NCBI GenBank assembly: GCA_965221905.1
Contig: OZ244922.1
Coordinates: 672,001 to 736,000, forward strand
Source: Chloroflexota bacterium
GTDB lineage: Bacteria; Chloroflexota; UBA11872; VXOZ01
Reading direction: 5' to 3'
Length of the DNA stretch: 64,000 nucleotides
Part shown: piece after piece, positions 46,894 through 57,648 of the stretch
Numbering within the stretch: position 1 is the stretch's first letter
Layout: each line of letters begins with the position of its first letter
Translations under genes and position numbers: made by a program
The notes under the pieces: generated by a model
Told to the model about the DNA's origin: nothing
What the model saw: the letters and a program-made list of their open reading frames with translations, nothing else
Database searches by the model: none

Positions 46894-49260
46894 ATGACTG
46901 TACAGCAACGACAGCCCATAGTCATCGACCTTGTCGCACTGGCGAGCTTCTTGCTCATCGTGCTTGTCTTCTTTTGGAAATCGGTCCTCGGACGAGGCGT
47001 AATCGGCAGCTTTGACTTGGTCACGCTGTTCTACCCCTACAAGACCTATATACGCCAGTTAATAGGCGAAGGTGAGTTCCCCTTGTGGAATCCCCTGGTC
47101 TATCTTGGTGTGCCGCTGCTCGCCAATATCCAGACCAGTGTGCTCTATCCGCTGGATGTCCTGTTCCTAATGTTCTCGTTTCCGACGGCGCTCACTTGGA
47201 GTGTGGTTCTGCACATATGGCTGGCGCTGGCGGGGATGTATCTCTTCTTACGCTATGGGTTAGGCACGACGATTTTCGCAGCATGGATTGGCGCTCTGTG
47301 TTTCGGCCTGGGCGGGTTCTTGCTGCCGCACATTGGGCATCTCAACCAGGTGCACACTGCCATTTGGCTGCCGTGGATATTACTCTGTGCGAGACGAGCG
47401 TGTGCACCGTCTACCGTTTGGATTCTCTTGGGCTGCATCGTGACTGCGCTTAGCTTTCTGGCAGGGCATACGCAAGAGTTTTATTACACGTTCGTTGCCG
47501 TGGGATTATTCTGCGCCTACTTAGCATTTGCGTTGCCTACCGAAATGACGTCGCGCTGGTGGGCGTTAGTCGTGCCGGCCCTCTTCGTCCTCGTTGGGGG
47601 AGTCTTGAGCGCAGCGCAACTCTTACCGACGTTAGAAGCCGTAGCGCAATCTTACCGTCTGGGTGGCGTATCGTTGCAGGAAGCGGCCGCGCAAGCGCTG
47701 CATCGAAACGAGCTATCTCTCTTTCTATTGCCCGGCTACTGGAAATCGCCGCCAAGTCTGGAGTCGGCAGGATACATTGGCGTTAGCGGCGCAGTACTCG
47801 CCTTCTTTGGTATCTTGCAGATCATGCGGCAGCGCTGGGTGCCGTTCTTTCTCCTTCTCTCCTTGTTCGCATTCATCTTGGCGCTAGGCACCTATACGCC
47901 GCTCTTTGGCATTCTGCACCAGGTGCTGCCGGGGTTTTCATCGTTTCGGGTTGCCGGGCGGTGGCTCTTTCTCGCCAGCTTTGGCCTCTCGGTACTGGCA
48001 GCGCTGGGCGCCGACCGATTGCGGGACGATCTTCGCCCGGGAGAACGACGCCACATTTCACTGCTATTCCTTACGAGCACCTTGGCGGGCATGTTCTTCT
48101 TGCTTGCATTTATCGGCCGCATGTACCTTGTTCGCTCGCATCAGGCCTTGCCCGAGCCCAAGGTGGTGATGCTTTGGGTGATCGTTGCGCTAATCACATA
48201 CACGACTATTCTATTAGTGCTCAACCACGGTTTAGCGAATACGCTATCGTATGTGCTGCTTGGCGCGCTTGTCGTAACTGAACTCTTCTTCGCCTCCCGC
48301 CCGCTTGAATTCAATCAGGTGATGCCGCCCGAAATCTATCAGCCTTCAACGGAAACTGAACAATTGTCGCAGCACTGGCGTGACTCACGATATGTCAGCA
48401 TGGCGAAAGAGCGCTTCCCCTTGGTGGATGAAGAGTTGCGCAAAGAAGAGCTTTTGGAGTCGTTGCCCGATCTATGGGCGCGTCTTGCACTGCAGTATAA
48501 GCGGTACAGTGACGAGCTTCGCACCAACCTAAACCTACGCTTAGGCATAGCCAGTGCCGATGGGTATGACGGCGGGGTACTTCCTTCCCAGAACTACGTG
48601 CAACTGCGCACGGCCCTGTTCGAACGTTCAGATGTGCCTCCGCACTTTGCCTTGCCGGACGTTGATCTGAAGCAGGTAGACGCAACTCTGTGGGGATTGC
48701 TCAACGTGCGCTATCTCATCACTGATCATCAGCAACGAGAACCGGGACCCGGGTGGAACCTCGTCGGTCAATTGAGAGAGGACGGTCCCCTACTCTTCGA
48801 GAACGAGGAGCTTCTACCGCGGGCCTTCGTGGTCTATGAGACGGTGGTGGAGGATGATCCGCTGCGGCTGCGGACTATTGACGTGGCACGCCAGGCGCTT
48901 GTGGAGCGACCGATTCCCGAGCTTGTTGGATCTACCGGCCAGCCCGTTGCAGCCACGGTGATATCTGAGTCCCCCCGACGAGTCGAGATCCAAGCCTCCA
49001 CGTCGCAACCGGGTCTGCTTGTGCTTTCAGATGCCTTCTACCCGGGTTGGACGGCCACAATTAACGGTAATCCGGCAGAGATACATCTCGTTGACCTGGC
49101 ATTGCGCGGTGTGCTGCTTCCCTCCGGCGATCACACTATCGTATTCCAATACCAACCCCGTTGGTTTCAGGTTGGCGTTGTTGTAAGCCTAGTCGGCTGG
49201 CTTGTCGTGCTGGCATTGCTCTTGCCGCGACTTATGCGCCGGGGCCCTAGACGCCTGTAA
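46894..49260 (+). CDS. YfhO-family GT-C membrane glycosyltransferase
   Basis: FPLWNP...G.PLLAN...LYP, LAGHTQ, AAQLLP, FRVAGRW, LSDAFYPGW, G.H.I.F.Y.P. Confidence 0.85.
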   Translation: MTVQQRQPIVIDLVALASFLLIVLVFFWKSVLGRGVIGSFDLVTLFYPYKTYIRQLIGEGEFPLWNPLVYLGVPLLANIQTSVLYPLDVLFLMFSFPTALTWSVVLHIWLALAGMYLFLRYGLGTTIFAAWIGALCFGLGGFLLPHIGHLNQVHTAIWLPWILLCARRACAPSTVWILLGCIVTALSFLAGHTQEFYYTFVAVGLFCAYLAFALPTEMTSRWWALVVPALFVLVGGVLSAAQLLPTLEAVAQSYRLGGVSLQEAAAQALHRNELSLFLLPGYWKSPPSLESAGYIGVSGAVLAFFGILQIMRQRWVPFFLLLSLFAFILALGTYTPLFGILHQVLPGFSSFRVAGRWLFLASFGLSVLAALGADRLRDDLRPGERRHISLLFLTSTLAGMFFLLAFIGRMYLVRSHQALPEPKVVMLWVIVALITYTTILLVLNHGLANTLSYVLLGALVVTELFFASRPLEFNQVMPPEIYQPSTETEQLSQHWRDSRYVSMAKERFPLVDEELRKEELLESLPDLWARLALQYKRYSDELRTNLNLRLGIASADGYDGGVLPSQNYVQLRTALFERSDVPPHFALPDVDLKQVDATLWGLLNVRYLITDHQQREPGPGWNLVGQLREDGPLLFENEELLPRAFVVYETVVEDDPLRLRTIDVARQALVERPIPELVGSTGQPVAATVISESPRRVEIQASTSQPGLLVLSDAFYPGWTATINGNPAEIHLVDLALRGVLLPSGDHTIVFQYQPRWFQVGVVVSLVGWLVVLALLLPRLMRRGPRRL

Positions 49261-49274
49261 CTTTGTTGCTCTTG

Positions 49275-49306
49275 GCAACTGAGTTGCATTCAGCAACTGA
49301 GTTGCA
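49275..49306. repeat. Two tandem copies of palindrome GCAACTGAGTTGC (18-bp period)
   Basis: At 49275 and 49293, just after the YfhO stop. Confidence 0.75.
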
Positions 49307-49632
49307 CTTTGCAACGAAACTGGAACTGCCACCCCTTTGGCTGCGCGGCTAATCGCGTGGCGTTGCGCTCTTCCTAGTCTTGACTTGGCGGAAACTCTCC
49401 TCTTGGCCGGATCAAGCGCGCTCTCAGAAAAAGCAGTGCTACGGCAAACTGCGTGGGATTCGCGTTTCCTAAACCTGCTGTATCCAAGCAACGCTTCTTC
49501 CGTGGCGCAGCCCCGCAATTTCCACGCTCTCTGCACGCGATCGGAGGCAATTGCAGGATTCTATCAACTGCGCAGGTTAAGTGAAACTGCCCACAAACGG
49601 TCGCACTTTCACAGACGCAGAAAGTACCGCGC

Positions 49633-51297
49633 TTAGGAAATGCCCTCGACATTGCCGGCGTCGTCGATGGTCATGCCATCTGCGGCGGGTACCGCGGGCA
49701 AGCCCGGCAACGTGAGGATATCGCCGGTCAAAGGGACAATGAATCCCGCGCCTGCGGCAAGCTTGACCTCGCGCACTGTGATAGTAAAGTCCTTTGGTCG
49801 GCCAAGTAGGCGGGGATTATCGGAGAACGACGACTGGGTCTTGGCCATGCAAATGGGAAGATGCTTGTGATCGCCGCGCTGAAGCTGCCGCAACATGCGG
49901 TTGGCCGCAGGCGCGTAGTTGACCTTCGCTGCGCCGTAGATCTCTCGGGCAACAGTGGCAATCTTGTCCTTGAGCGGCATGTCGTCGGGGTAGAGCAGCG
50001 CAAAAGTGTTCTCAGCTCCCCTATCAAGGAGACGGAGCACTGCTTCCGCCAAGGCCTTGCCACCTTCAATGCCGCCGGCAAATACGTCTGTCACAGCTAC
50101 GGACACACCTTCAGCCTCGCAAAAATCCGAGACGGCGCGCATGTCATTGGTTGTGTCTGAAGGAAATCGGTTGAGCGCGACCACGACGTCGAGACCGAAC
50201 TTCTTGATGTTCTCTATGTGTTTCTGCAAGTTGGCGAGACCGGCCTGCAAGGCGGCTGGGTTTTCCGTCTCCAAGTCGGCCGGGCGCACGCCCCCGTGGA
50301 GTTTGAGTGCGCGCACTGTGGCAACAAGCACGACTGCCGCAGGCGTGAGGCCGGCACGTCGACACTTGATGTTGAAGAACTTCTCAGCGCCGAGATCCGT
50401 CCCAAACCCGGCCTCCGTGACCACGTAGTCGGCGAGCTTCAGCCCAACGCGCGTGGCAATGATGGAGTTGCAGCCGTGGGCGATGTTGCCGAATGGCCCG
50501 CCGTGAACGAGCGCGGGCCCGCCAGCCATGTTCTGCACGAGGTTGGGGTGAACGGCCTCGCGGAGGAGGATCGTCATGGCGGCGTGGGCGTTCAGGTCAG
50601 CCGCCGTGACCGGCTTGCGGTCGAACGTCTCGCCCACGACAATCCGGCCCAAACGAACCTTAAGGTCGGCAAGGTTGCTGGAGAGGCAGAGGATCGCCAT
50701 GATCTCAGAAGCGGGAGTGATGTCGAATCCGCTTTCCCGCGGCACGCCCTCCGCGCGGCCGCCGAGTCCGATGACGATATTACGCAATGCGCGGTCGTTC
50801 ATATCAATTGTGCGCCGCCAGGTGATCCGCCGGGGATCTATGCCGAGTGTATTGCCCTGGTGCACGTGGTTGTCGAGTATGGCGGCGAGGAGGTTGTGGG
50901 CCGCTGTAATGGCGTGGAAGTCGCCGGTAAAGTGCAGGTTTATCTCGAGCGACGGTTCCAACGTCGCCTTGCCCCCGCCGGTTGCGCCGCCCTTAATACC
51001 GAATACCGGACCGAGCGACGGCTCGCGCGTGCACGAAAGGGCGTTCATTCCCATGCTAAAGAGCGTCTGCGCGAGACCGACGGTGACGGTGGTCTTGCCT
51101 TCTCCGGCCGACGTGGGAGAAATGGCGGTTACGAGGATGAGCTTGCCGTCCGGTTTCTCCGCGAGTCGCTCCAAGACCTGGGTGCGAATCTTACCCATGA
51201 GCGGACCGTAACTACTGAACTCGTCGGACTGCAGGTCGAGACGGCTTGCAATTGCGGTGATAGGTTGCGGTGTGTACGTGTCGGATGCGCTCGGCAC
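49633..51297 (-). CDS. fhs: Formate--tetrahydrofolate ligase
   Basis: TAISPTSAGEGKTT, GIKGGATGGG, HGGPFGNIAHG, TEAGFG, MAKTQ; AGGAG before GTG 51297. Confidence 0.97.
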   Translation of the reverse strand: MPSASDTYTPQPITAIASRLDLQSDEFSSYGPLMGKIRTQVLERLAEKPDGKLILVTAISPTSAGEGKTTVTVGLAQTLFSMGMNALSCTREPSLGPVFGIKGGATGGGKATLEPSLEINLHFTGDFHAITAAHNLLAAILDNHVHQGNTLGIDPRRITWRRTIDMNDRALRNIVIGLGGRAEGVPRESGFDITPASEIMAILCLSSNLADLKVRLGRIVVGETFDRKPVTAADLNAHAAMTILLREAVHPNLVQNMAGGPALVHGGPFGNIAHGCNSIIATRVGLKLADYVVTEAGFGTDLGAEKFFNIKCRRAGLTPAAVVLVATVRALKLHGGVRPADLETENPAALQAGLANLQKHIENIKKFGLDVVVALNRFPSDTTNDMRAVSDFCEAEGVSVAVTDVFAGGIEGGKALAEAVLRLLDRGAENTFALLYPDDMPLKDKIATVAREIYGAAKVNYAPAANRMLRQLQRGDHKHLPICMAKTQSSFSDNPRLLGRPKDFTITVREVKLAAGAGFIVPLTGDILTLPGLPAVPAADGMTIDDAGNVEGIS

Positions 51298-51657
51298 GAT
51301 TATTCTCCTATGGGTCTGAGTTCCGATGCTGTGTCGTGTCAGGTGATTCTGTGGAGTTTCGGCCACAATCTTTGCTGCGATCCTCCGCCGCACCGAGACA
51401 GAGGATTGTCTTCGTTCCAAAATGATGAAACGTCACGTAAAGATTTCTCGTAGCTGCCTGAAGTCTCCACCATGACCGAGCGGGCAATTGCGCTTAACCT
51501 CAAAGCCCTTTACGAGACCTTTGAATAACCCAGTCATTTCGGCGAAAATCGGTATTCAGAGCTGCATGGGTAGTTTCCGATAGCTTGCCGTCAGGCACTT
51601 TCGCCCCTATCCCAACCTTCCCCCATCAAGGAGGAAGGGATTTCCCGATGGTCTCCC

Positions 51658-52995
51658 TTAAGTGACTGCCATCACTGTGCTTGGTTCCGGCCGCACGCCC
51701 TGGCGCAAGAGCGTGTGAATGGCATCCTCCGCCACTTGGAGCGTCCGGTCGATATCGGCATCAGTATGGGCAAAGCTGACGTGGTTGCGCTTGATATTCA
51801 TAGGCAACTTGAAGACGCCCCGTTTGATGCACTCTTGGCGGTAACGCACGAAGAAGTCGGCGTCATTTTGCAGCAGGTCCGTGAAATTGCGTGCGGGACC
51901 ATCCATAAAGTAGGTAACGAACACAGAGCCAAACCCTTCGACGACGGCGGGAACGCCCGCGTTGTCCATTACTTCTGTCAATCCCGCGCGGATCCGGTCG
52001 CCCAGGCGGAAGATTTCCTTGTGTACGCCCTGTGTTTCCATGATCTCGATGGTGGCGAGGGCCGCCACGGTGCCGACGGCGTGACCGTTATACGTACCGG
52101 CAAAGAATGTATCGCCGCCGGGAGTCGTATTGAAGCGCGACATGATTTCTTTCTTGCCGCCAACGGCTGCCATCGGGAAGCCGTTGGCAATGGCTTTGCC
52201 CAGGGTAGTGAGGTCCGGCGTAACGCCCGCGATTTTCTGGTAGCCGCCGAGGTCGTGCCGGAAGCCGGTAATGACTTCGTCGAAGATGAGAACAACACCG
52301 TGCGCGTCGCTGAGTTCGCGCAGCGCTTCCAAGAAGCCCGGTTCCGGGCGCACGCAGCCGATGTTATGCGGAATTGGCTCCACGATGATGGCGGCAACCT
52401 CGCCTTCGTGCGCCATGAGGGTGTCTTCTACCTCATCGGCATCATTGAAGGTGCAGATGAGCGTGGCGTCGGCGGTTTCGTCCATCATCCCCGCCGAGAG
52501 CAGGTCTCGCTTGCCAATCATGTCAGGGGAACTGATGACGTTGCGCAAGACGGCATCGTGCCAGCCGTGGTAGCAGCCCTGGAACTTGATGATCTTCCTG
52601 CGCCCGGTGTACGCGCGGGCGGCGCGCAAGGCATGAAAAGTCGCTTCCGATCCGGCGTTCGTGAACAGGACTTGCTCGATTGACGGGACGTGCTCAACAA
52701 TCTTCTTAGCGAGCGCGATTTCCTGTGGTGTCGCGCCGACGCCGTAGAGGTCCGTCTCCCACAGCGCTTCTTCAACTCGTGCGACCACTACGGGATGCAC
52801 GTGACCCAGAATGAAGGGGCCAAAGGCGGCGTGGTAGTCGATAAACTCATTTCCATCCACGTCCCAGATGCGAGCGCCCTCGGCGCGGTTGAATACCAGC
52901 CGGGGTTCAATATTGCGGATAGACGTATGGACGCCGCCGGGCGCGTACGCCTCGGCTTCCGCGAAGAGTGCTGCACTTTGCTCCGTTCGTACCAT
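51658..52995 (-). CDS. Class III PLP aminotransferase (glutamate-1-semialdehyde aminomutase-like)
   Basis: WDVDGNEFIDY, NAGSEA, GCYHGWHD, FDEVITGFR, LGKAIANGFP; true HemL function uncertain. Confidence 0.88.
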   Translation of the reverse strand: MVRTEQSAALFAEAEAYAPGGVHTSIRNIEPRLVFNRAEGARIWDVDGNEFIDYHAAFGPFILGHVHPVVVARVEEALWETDLYGVGATPQEIALAKKIVEHVPSIEQVLFTNAGSEATFHALRAARAYTGRRKIIKFQGCYHGWHDAVLRNVISSPDMIGKRDLLSAGMMDETADATLICTFNDADEVEDTLMAHEGEVAAIIVEPIPHNIGCVRPEPGFLEALRELSDAHGVVLIFDEVITGFRHDLGGYQKIAGVTPDLTTLGKAIANGFPMAAVGGKKEIMSRFNTTPGGDTFFAGTYNGHAVGTVAALATIEIMETQGVHKEIFRLGDRIRAGLTEVMDNAGVPAVVEGFGSVFVTYFMDGPARNFTDLLQNDADFFVRYRQECIKRGVFKLPMNIKRNHVSFAHTDADIDRTLQVAEDAIHTLLRQGVRPEPSTVMAVT

Positions 52996-53198
52996 TGCAG
53001 TATCCTTTTTGGCTCTGAAAATTCGTTAGCAAGCCCTAACCAATGCGTAGCTGTCTTAAAAATTCTGTGCCAACTAGCACCATAATAGCGGAAAATCTCG
53101 TTGCACACTGGCAAAGGCCGGGGGTGTGGAGCGAGCGCAATTGAGATGTGGGTCGCGGTCTAAGAGGGTGTTTCCAAAAGTGTTGTCTGCACGAGTAA

Positions 53199-53280
53199 CG
53201 TTCGCCCCCGTATCAAGTACGGGACAGGCTCTGAGCTTGTTGAAGGGCAGTTCATACTTCGACAGGCTCAGCACGAACGG
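53199..53280. repeat. Inverted pair of CTGAGCTTGTCGAAG-type REPs with a nested hairpin insert
   Basis: CGTTCGCCC[CCGTATCAAGTACGGGACAGGCT]CTGAGCTTGTTGAAGGGC ... CTTCGACAGGCTCAGCACGAACGG. Confidence 0.8.
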
Positions 53281-53325
53281 TTTTCATGGGCTTTGCAAAC
53301 AGCCTCTAAGACCTGCTCAGGCGCA

Positions 53326-54360
53326 TCAGCGGGAGAGCACAGTCCGCTCCCGCTCCGCCAGCGGCAGGTATACGCGCGCGCCGTTGGACGCATGCGAGGC
53401 ATAGACCGCGACCGCGAGTTCGAGCGCGGCGCGTCCCGCGTGTCCGTCGGAGCGGCTGGGACGGTCTTCCTCGATGCATCGGACGATCTCTTCCACGGCT
53501 CCCTGCATGCCGCTGCGCGGGTATGCGACCAACGGGAAGGGCCGCTTTACCATGGTGCGCGTCGCAGAATCGAACGTGAAGAACTCTGCATCGCTGTTGC
53601 TGAGGCGCAGGCGGCCGGCGGTGCCGATGACGTCGATCTCAAAGATCGGGCCGCTCTGGCCGTCAATAAAGCCCATCGCGCCGTTGTGGAAACCCACGTA
53701 GGCAGTGCCGCCGGCATCCAGTGCTATATCGGCGCCGGACGCGAGACTGCCCATCACCCAGGCCGCCGTACTCTGACTAAAGTTCAGCATCGCGTCCAGC
53801 CAGTGGATGCCCGTATGCACGAGTTCACCGGCGAAATGAACTGAGACGGTGCGAACATTGCCGATCCGGCCCTCTTGAATGAGCGCGAGCGCCGTTTCGT
53901 AGTAAGGGTCCCAGCGCCGCGTGTGGTTGATGACGAGCTTGACGTTGTGTTCTTCGCAGGCCGCAATCATGGCGTCGGCTTCGGAGAGACTGGTGGCAAT
54001 GGCTTTCTCGCAAAAGACTGCCTTTACGCCCGCTTGAACCGCCGCTTGTGTCACCGGCGCATGCAGCGGCGCGTGCGTACAGACGCTCACGATGTCAAGG
54101 TTTTCGTTCTGCAGCATTTCCTCATATGACGCATACGCTGCAATATCGCCGAACACGGGCCGCCATCGCTCCAGATATGCCGCAGTCTTTTGCGAGTCGA
54201 TGTCAGCCACGGCACAGACGCGTGTCTGCGGCACCGCCGCGTATGCATGCGTATGAGAGTAAGGCAGCAGCATACGTCCCGCGTAGCCGGCTACTTCATC
54301 CTGAATGCTGCTGGCTACGCGCCCCAGACCGACAATGCCTACGCGGTACGTCGCTGCCAT
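53326..54360 (-). CDS. Gfo/Idh/MocA family oxidoreductase
   Basis: VGIVGLG, DIVSVCT, FCEKAIA, NHTRRW, GIHWLD. Confidence 0.92.
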   Translation of the reverse strand: MAATYRVGIVGLGRVASSIQDEVAGYAGRMLLPYSHTHAYAAVPQTRVCAVADIDSQKTAAYLERWRPVFGDIAAYASYEEMLQNENLDIVSVCTHAPLHAPVTQAAVQAGVKAVFCEKAIATSLSEADAMIAACEEHNVKLVINHTRRWDPYYETALALIQEGRIGNVRTVSVHFAGELVHTGIHWLDAMLNFSQSTAAWVMGSLASGADIALDAGGTAYVGFHNGAMGFIDGQSGPIFEIDVIGTAGRLRLSNSDAEFFTFDSATRTMVKRPFPLVAYPRSGMQGAVEEIVRCIEEDRPSRSDGHAGRAALELAVAVYASHASNGARVYLPLAERERTVLSR

Positions 54361-54624
54361 GAGCTGCTTGCCCTCCTACCGGACTACCGTATTCTTGCCG
54401 TGTGTCTCTCAATGTCATGTATCTTACACATTTTGCACTCTACCTTGCACACTTCCTCGACCAAGCTGCCTCCAACACGGGGATGGACGTTGATTAGAGA
54501 TTCGCACCGCGCATAGGACGCACCGACCGCGAACTAGCCCCAACACTTGCAGACCGTTACAATGATTGTGATTCCGAGCGCATCTTCCGCACGAGCCACA
54601 GGTCAAAGAGGTGACGCCACCAAC

Positions 54625-55509
54625 GTGCTTCCTGAACGAACTGATACTCCATTGCAGTCATTCCGCATCGGACTTGCGCAGATCAACCCGCACCTTGGGG
54701 ATGTCTCGCGCAATATCCAGAAGCACTTGGACGTGATTGCCCAGGCGAAGGCGCAAGCCGTTGACCTGCTCGTGTTTCCCGAGCTTTCCCTCCACGGATA
54801 CTTCTTGGAAGACCTCGTGCCGGAGACGGCGTGCCGGTTGGATGACCCTCGATTGGAGCCGCTCTTCGCTGCCGGCGAGCGCATGAGCCTTCTCTTCGGC
54901 ATGGTTGAGGAGTCCTCCGACCACCGCTTCTACAACAGCGGCGTGTACCTGGAAGCCGGTCGCGTGCACCACGTGCACCGCAAGGTGTACCTCGCCACCT
55001 ACGGCATGTTTGACGAAGGACGTTACCTGGCGGCTGGCGAGCATCTGCGCGCTTACGACACGCGGTTTGGCCGCTGCGGTACGCTGATTTGTGAAGACTT
55101 CTGGCACCCGTCGGCGGTGAGCATGGTGCATGCCGACGGCGCCGATCTGGTCCTCGGCATCTCGAGCGGTCCCGGTCGCGGGGTGTCCGGCGAGTCGCAA
55201 GACCTGCGCAGCGCGCAGACCTGGCACAACCTCAACAACCTCTACGCTCGCATGTTTACGAGTTTCGTTGCCTACTGCAACCGCGTCGGCTACGAGGACG
55301 GCGTCAACTTTTGGGGCGGTTCGGAGGTCGTAGGCCCGGACGGCACAGTGCTCGTGCGCGCGCCATACTTCGAGGAGACGCTGGTTACGGCGGATATCTC
55401 CGCCAATGCCTTGCGCCGCCAGCGGTCGCTCTTGCCCTTGCTGCGGGATGAGCGGCTGGACCTCACGTATCGCGAGTTGCGCCGCATCTATCGCGAGCGG
55501 TACGCATGA
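54625..55509 (+). CDS. Nitrilase-family glutaminase subunit of NAD synthetase
   Basis: [41 protein letters not shown]; overlaps nadE. Confidence 0.85.
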   Translation: MLPERTDTPLQSFRIGLAQINPHLGDVSRNIQKHLDVIAQAKAQAVDLLVFPELSLHGYFLEDLVPETACRLDDPRLEPLFAAGERMSLLFGMVEESSDHRFYNSGVYLEAGRVHHVHRKVYLATYGMFDEGRYLAAGEHLRAYDTRFGRCGTLICEDFWHPSAVSMVHADGADLVLGISSGPGRGVSGESQDLRSAQTWHNLNNLYARMFTSFVAYCNRVGYEDGVNFWGGSEVVGPDGTVLVRAPYFEETLVTADISANALRRQRSLLPLLRDERLDLTYRELRRIYRERYA

Positions 55510-56366
55510 TGAGAGAATCCAAGTCAGACCTCATCGCGAAGGCGCGCACCGCGCTGGACATCAACCTGCCGCTCACCGAGCAGATTCTGCAAAGTTTCAT
55601 CCGGAATGAGGTGCATAAATTCGGCTTTGAGCGCGCGGTGCTGAATCTCTCCGGCGGCATAGACTCCGCGCTCTCCGCCTATTTGGCCGCCGGGGCCTTG
55701 GGGCCGGAGAACGTGCTGGCGCTGTTGCTGCCCTATCGAGAGTCAAACCCCGACAGCCGGAGCGATGCCGAGGCTGTGGTTACGGCGCTGGGCATACCAT
55801 CCAAGCTCATCGACATTACGCCGCTGGTGGACCCCTATTTTGCAGAGTTTGCCGAGATGGACGTGAAGCGGCGCGGCAACGTGATGGCGCGGGCGCGCAT
55901 GATCATCCTCTACGACCACTCCGTCGAATTCGACAGTTTGCCGCTGGGTACGAGCAATAAGACTGAGCTGCTCTTGGGCTATAGCACGCTGCACGGTGAC
56001 ATGGCGAGCGCCGTGAATCCGATTGGCGATCTTTACAAGACCCAGGTGCGGCAATTGTCCCGCCATCTGGGAATTCCGAGGCCAATTATAGAAAAACCGC
56101 CGAGCGCGGACCTGTGGCCGGGGCAATCGGACGAAGGCGAATTAGGGTTTTCGTACGAAGACGTTGACCACGTGCTCTACTTGCTGGTGGACGAGCGCTA
56201 CCGCCCTGAAGAGCTGATAGCGGCCGGAATCGACAAGGAGTTCGTGGATTACGTGACGCGGGTGGTGCAGTCGACGCAATACAAGCGGCGTCCGCCCATC
56301 ATCGCCAAGCTCTCGCAACGCACGATCGAGCGCGACTTTCGCTATCCGCGCGACTGGGGACGCTGA
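55506..56366 (+). CDS. nadE: NAD+ synthetase (synthetase subunit)
   Basis: [43 protein letters not shown]. Confidence 0.96.
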   Translation: MMRESKSDLIAKARTALDINLPLTEQILQSFIRNEVHKFGFERAVLNLSGGIDSALSAYLAAGALGPENVLALLLPYRESNPDSRSDAEAVVTALGIPSKLIDITPLVDPYFAEFAEMDVKRRGNVMARARMIILYDHSVEFDSLPLGTSNKTELLLGYSTLHGDMASAVNPIGDLYKTQVRQLSRHLGIPRPIIEKPPSADLWPGQSDEGELGFSYEDVDHVLYLLVDERYRPEELIAAGIDKEFVDYVTRVVQSTQYKRRPPIIAKLSQRTIERDFRYPRDWGR

Positions 56367-56426
56367 TAATGCCGCTTTCTTCGCAGTGGGAGAGTGTTCG
56401 CGAGACTTAGATCGGGGGCACGGAAT

Positions 56427-56615
56427 CCCCTCTCCATCGAGGGAGAGGGCAAGGGTGAGGGTGGATTTTCCGTAATTCGGCCTTGCCCCGTCTGCATGGC
56501 GACAATATGCAAAGCCTAGCTGCAATTGATGCGGAAGTTTCCGTGGGCCGGACTTGCAGCGGATGGCCAACATAGTATGCATTGCATTTGCGTAGCGCAG
56601 GTTTGTAACCTGCGC
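56427..56615. repeat. REP-like palindromes (GGGAGAGGG type and GTAG type)
   Basis: CCCTCTCCATCGAGGGAGAGGGCAAGGGTGAGGGTG; GTAGCGCAGGTTTGTAACCTGCGC at 56592. Confidence 0.75.
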
Positions 56616-56744
56616 CGGCTTGCAGGTGTATCGCAAGATGTGCTCGCCGCGAAGAGAACCGGTACGGTGCTTGCCTTAATCGGCTTTCGTTGGCGGCGGT
56701 AATACGTCTCTGGCGGCGGGATTCAGAAAGGCGTTACCAGGACG

Positions 56745-57425
56745 ATGTCCGGCCTGCTTTACGTAGTGGCTACACCCATCGGCAACCTGGAAGACATTAC
56801 CCTACGCGCTGTCCGAATCCTGCGCGAGGCGGACGTAGTCGCCGCCGAGGATACGCGCCACACGCGAAAACTCCTGGCGCATCTGGACATTCACACGCCC
56901 CTCACCAGTTTTCACGCCCATAGCGGCACTGCCCGCTTGGAGCGCATTCTCCGTACCTTGGAGGAAGGCAAGAGTGTGGCGCTGGTCACGGATGCCGGCA
57001 CGCCGGGCATTGCCGACCCCGGACAGCCGCTTATCGCTGCCGCCGTAGAAAAAGGGATTTTGGTTGTCCCGGTGCCGGGACCGTCGGCAGCCGTTGCTGC
57101 CGTGTCCATTGCCGGGTTTCCGGGGAGCATGTTCTGCTTTCTGGGATTCTTGCCGCGCCGCTCGTCGCGACGCAAGCGTTTGTTGGAAAGCGTGGCGGAC
57201 CTGCCGGTTACGCTCGTAATCTATGCCTCGCCCTATCGCGTGGTAGACGACTTGGAAGCATGCCAGGCGTGCCTCGGCGATCGCGAAGTCGTGATCGCGC
57301 GCGAGCTAACCAAGTTCCACGAGGAAGTTCTGCGGGGTACGATTGCGGAGATGATCGCGCACTACGCGCAGCATCAACCACGGGGCGAGTTTACCCTGGC
57401 GATACGGGGTGTGGGCGTGCGCTAG
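56745..57425 (+). CDS. rsmI: 16S rRNA C1402 2'-O-methyltransferase
   Basis: LYVVATPIGNLEDITLRA, AEDTR, DAGTPGIADPG, RELTKFHEE, GEF. Confidence 0.96.
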   Translation: MSGLLYVVATPIGNLEDITLRAVRILREADVVAAEDTRHTRKLLAHLDIHTPLTSFHAHSGTARLERILRTLEEGKSVALVTDAGTPGIADPGQPLIAAAVEKGILVVPVPGPSAAVAAVSIAGFPGSMFCFLGFLPRRSSRRKRLLESVADLPVTLVIYASPYRVVDDLEACQACLGDREVVIARELTKFHEEVLRGTIAEMIAHYAQHQPRGEFTLAIRGVGVR

Positions 57426-57648
57426 GGAGCGTATAATTCACGGTGATACGTCTTGAGGGAATCGGACAATTTCGGCTTCGCGTGCGCACAGCGTAATGTG
57501 AGCGGAGCGGAAAATTGCACGTTGGAAGTGACCCCGTAGGGGCACGATATGTTGTGCCCTTAGGCTGGAAGCGCAGGCACTAATCGGGCTCGCGAGAATA
57601 CGAGACGCGGCTAACGGCATACCAAATTACAAAAGGGAGCACGTACAC

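Noticed and set aside
51298-51500. ZTP or THF riboswitch upstream of fhs
   Set aside because: Expected from context, but the conserved motifs (e.g. GACTGGCG...CGCCTGGG) were not found.
42974-52683. Long antisense ORFs (42974..43972 -, 50218..51453 +, 51715..52683 +)
   Set aside because: Each lies opposite a well-supported gene (dxr, fhs, aminotransferase); this is typical of GC-rich codon bias.
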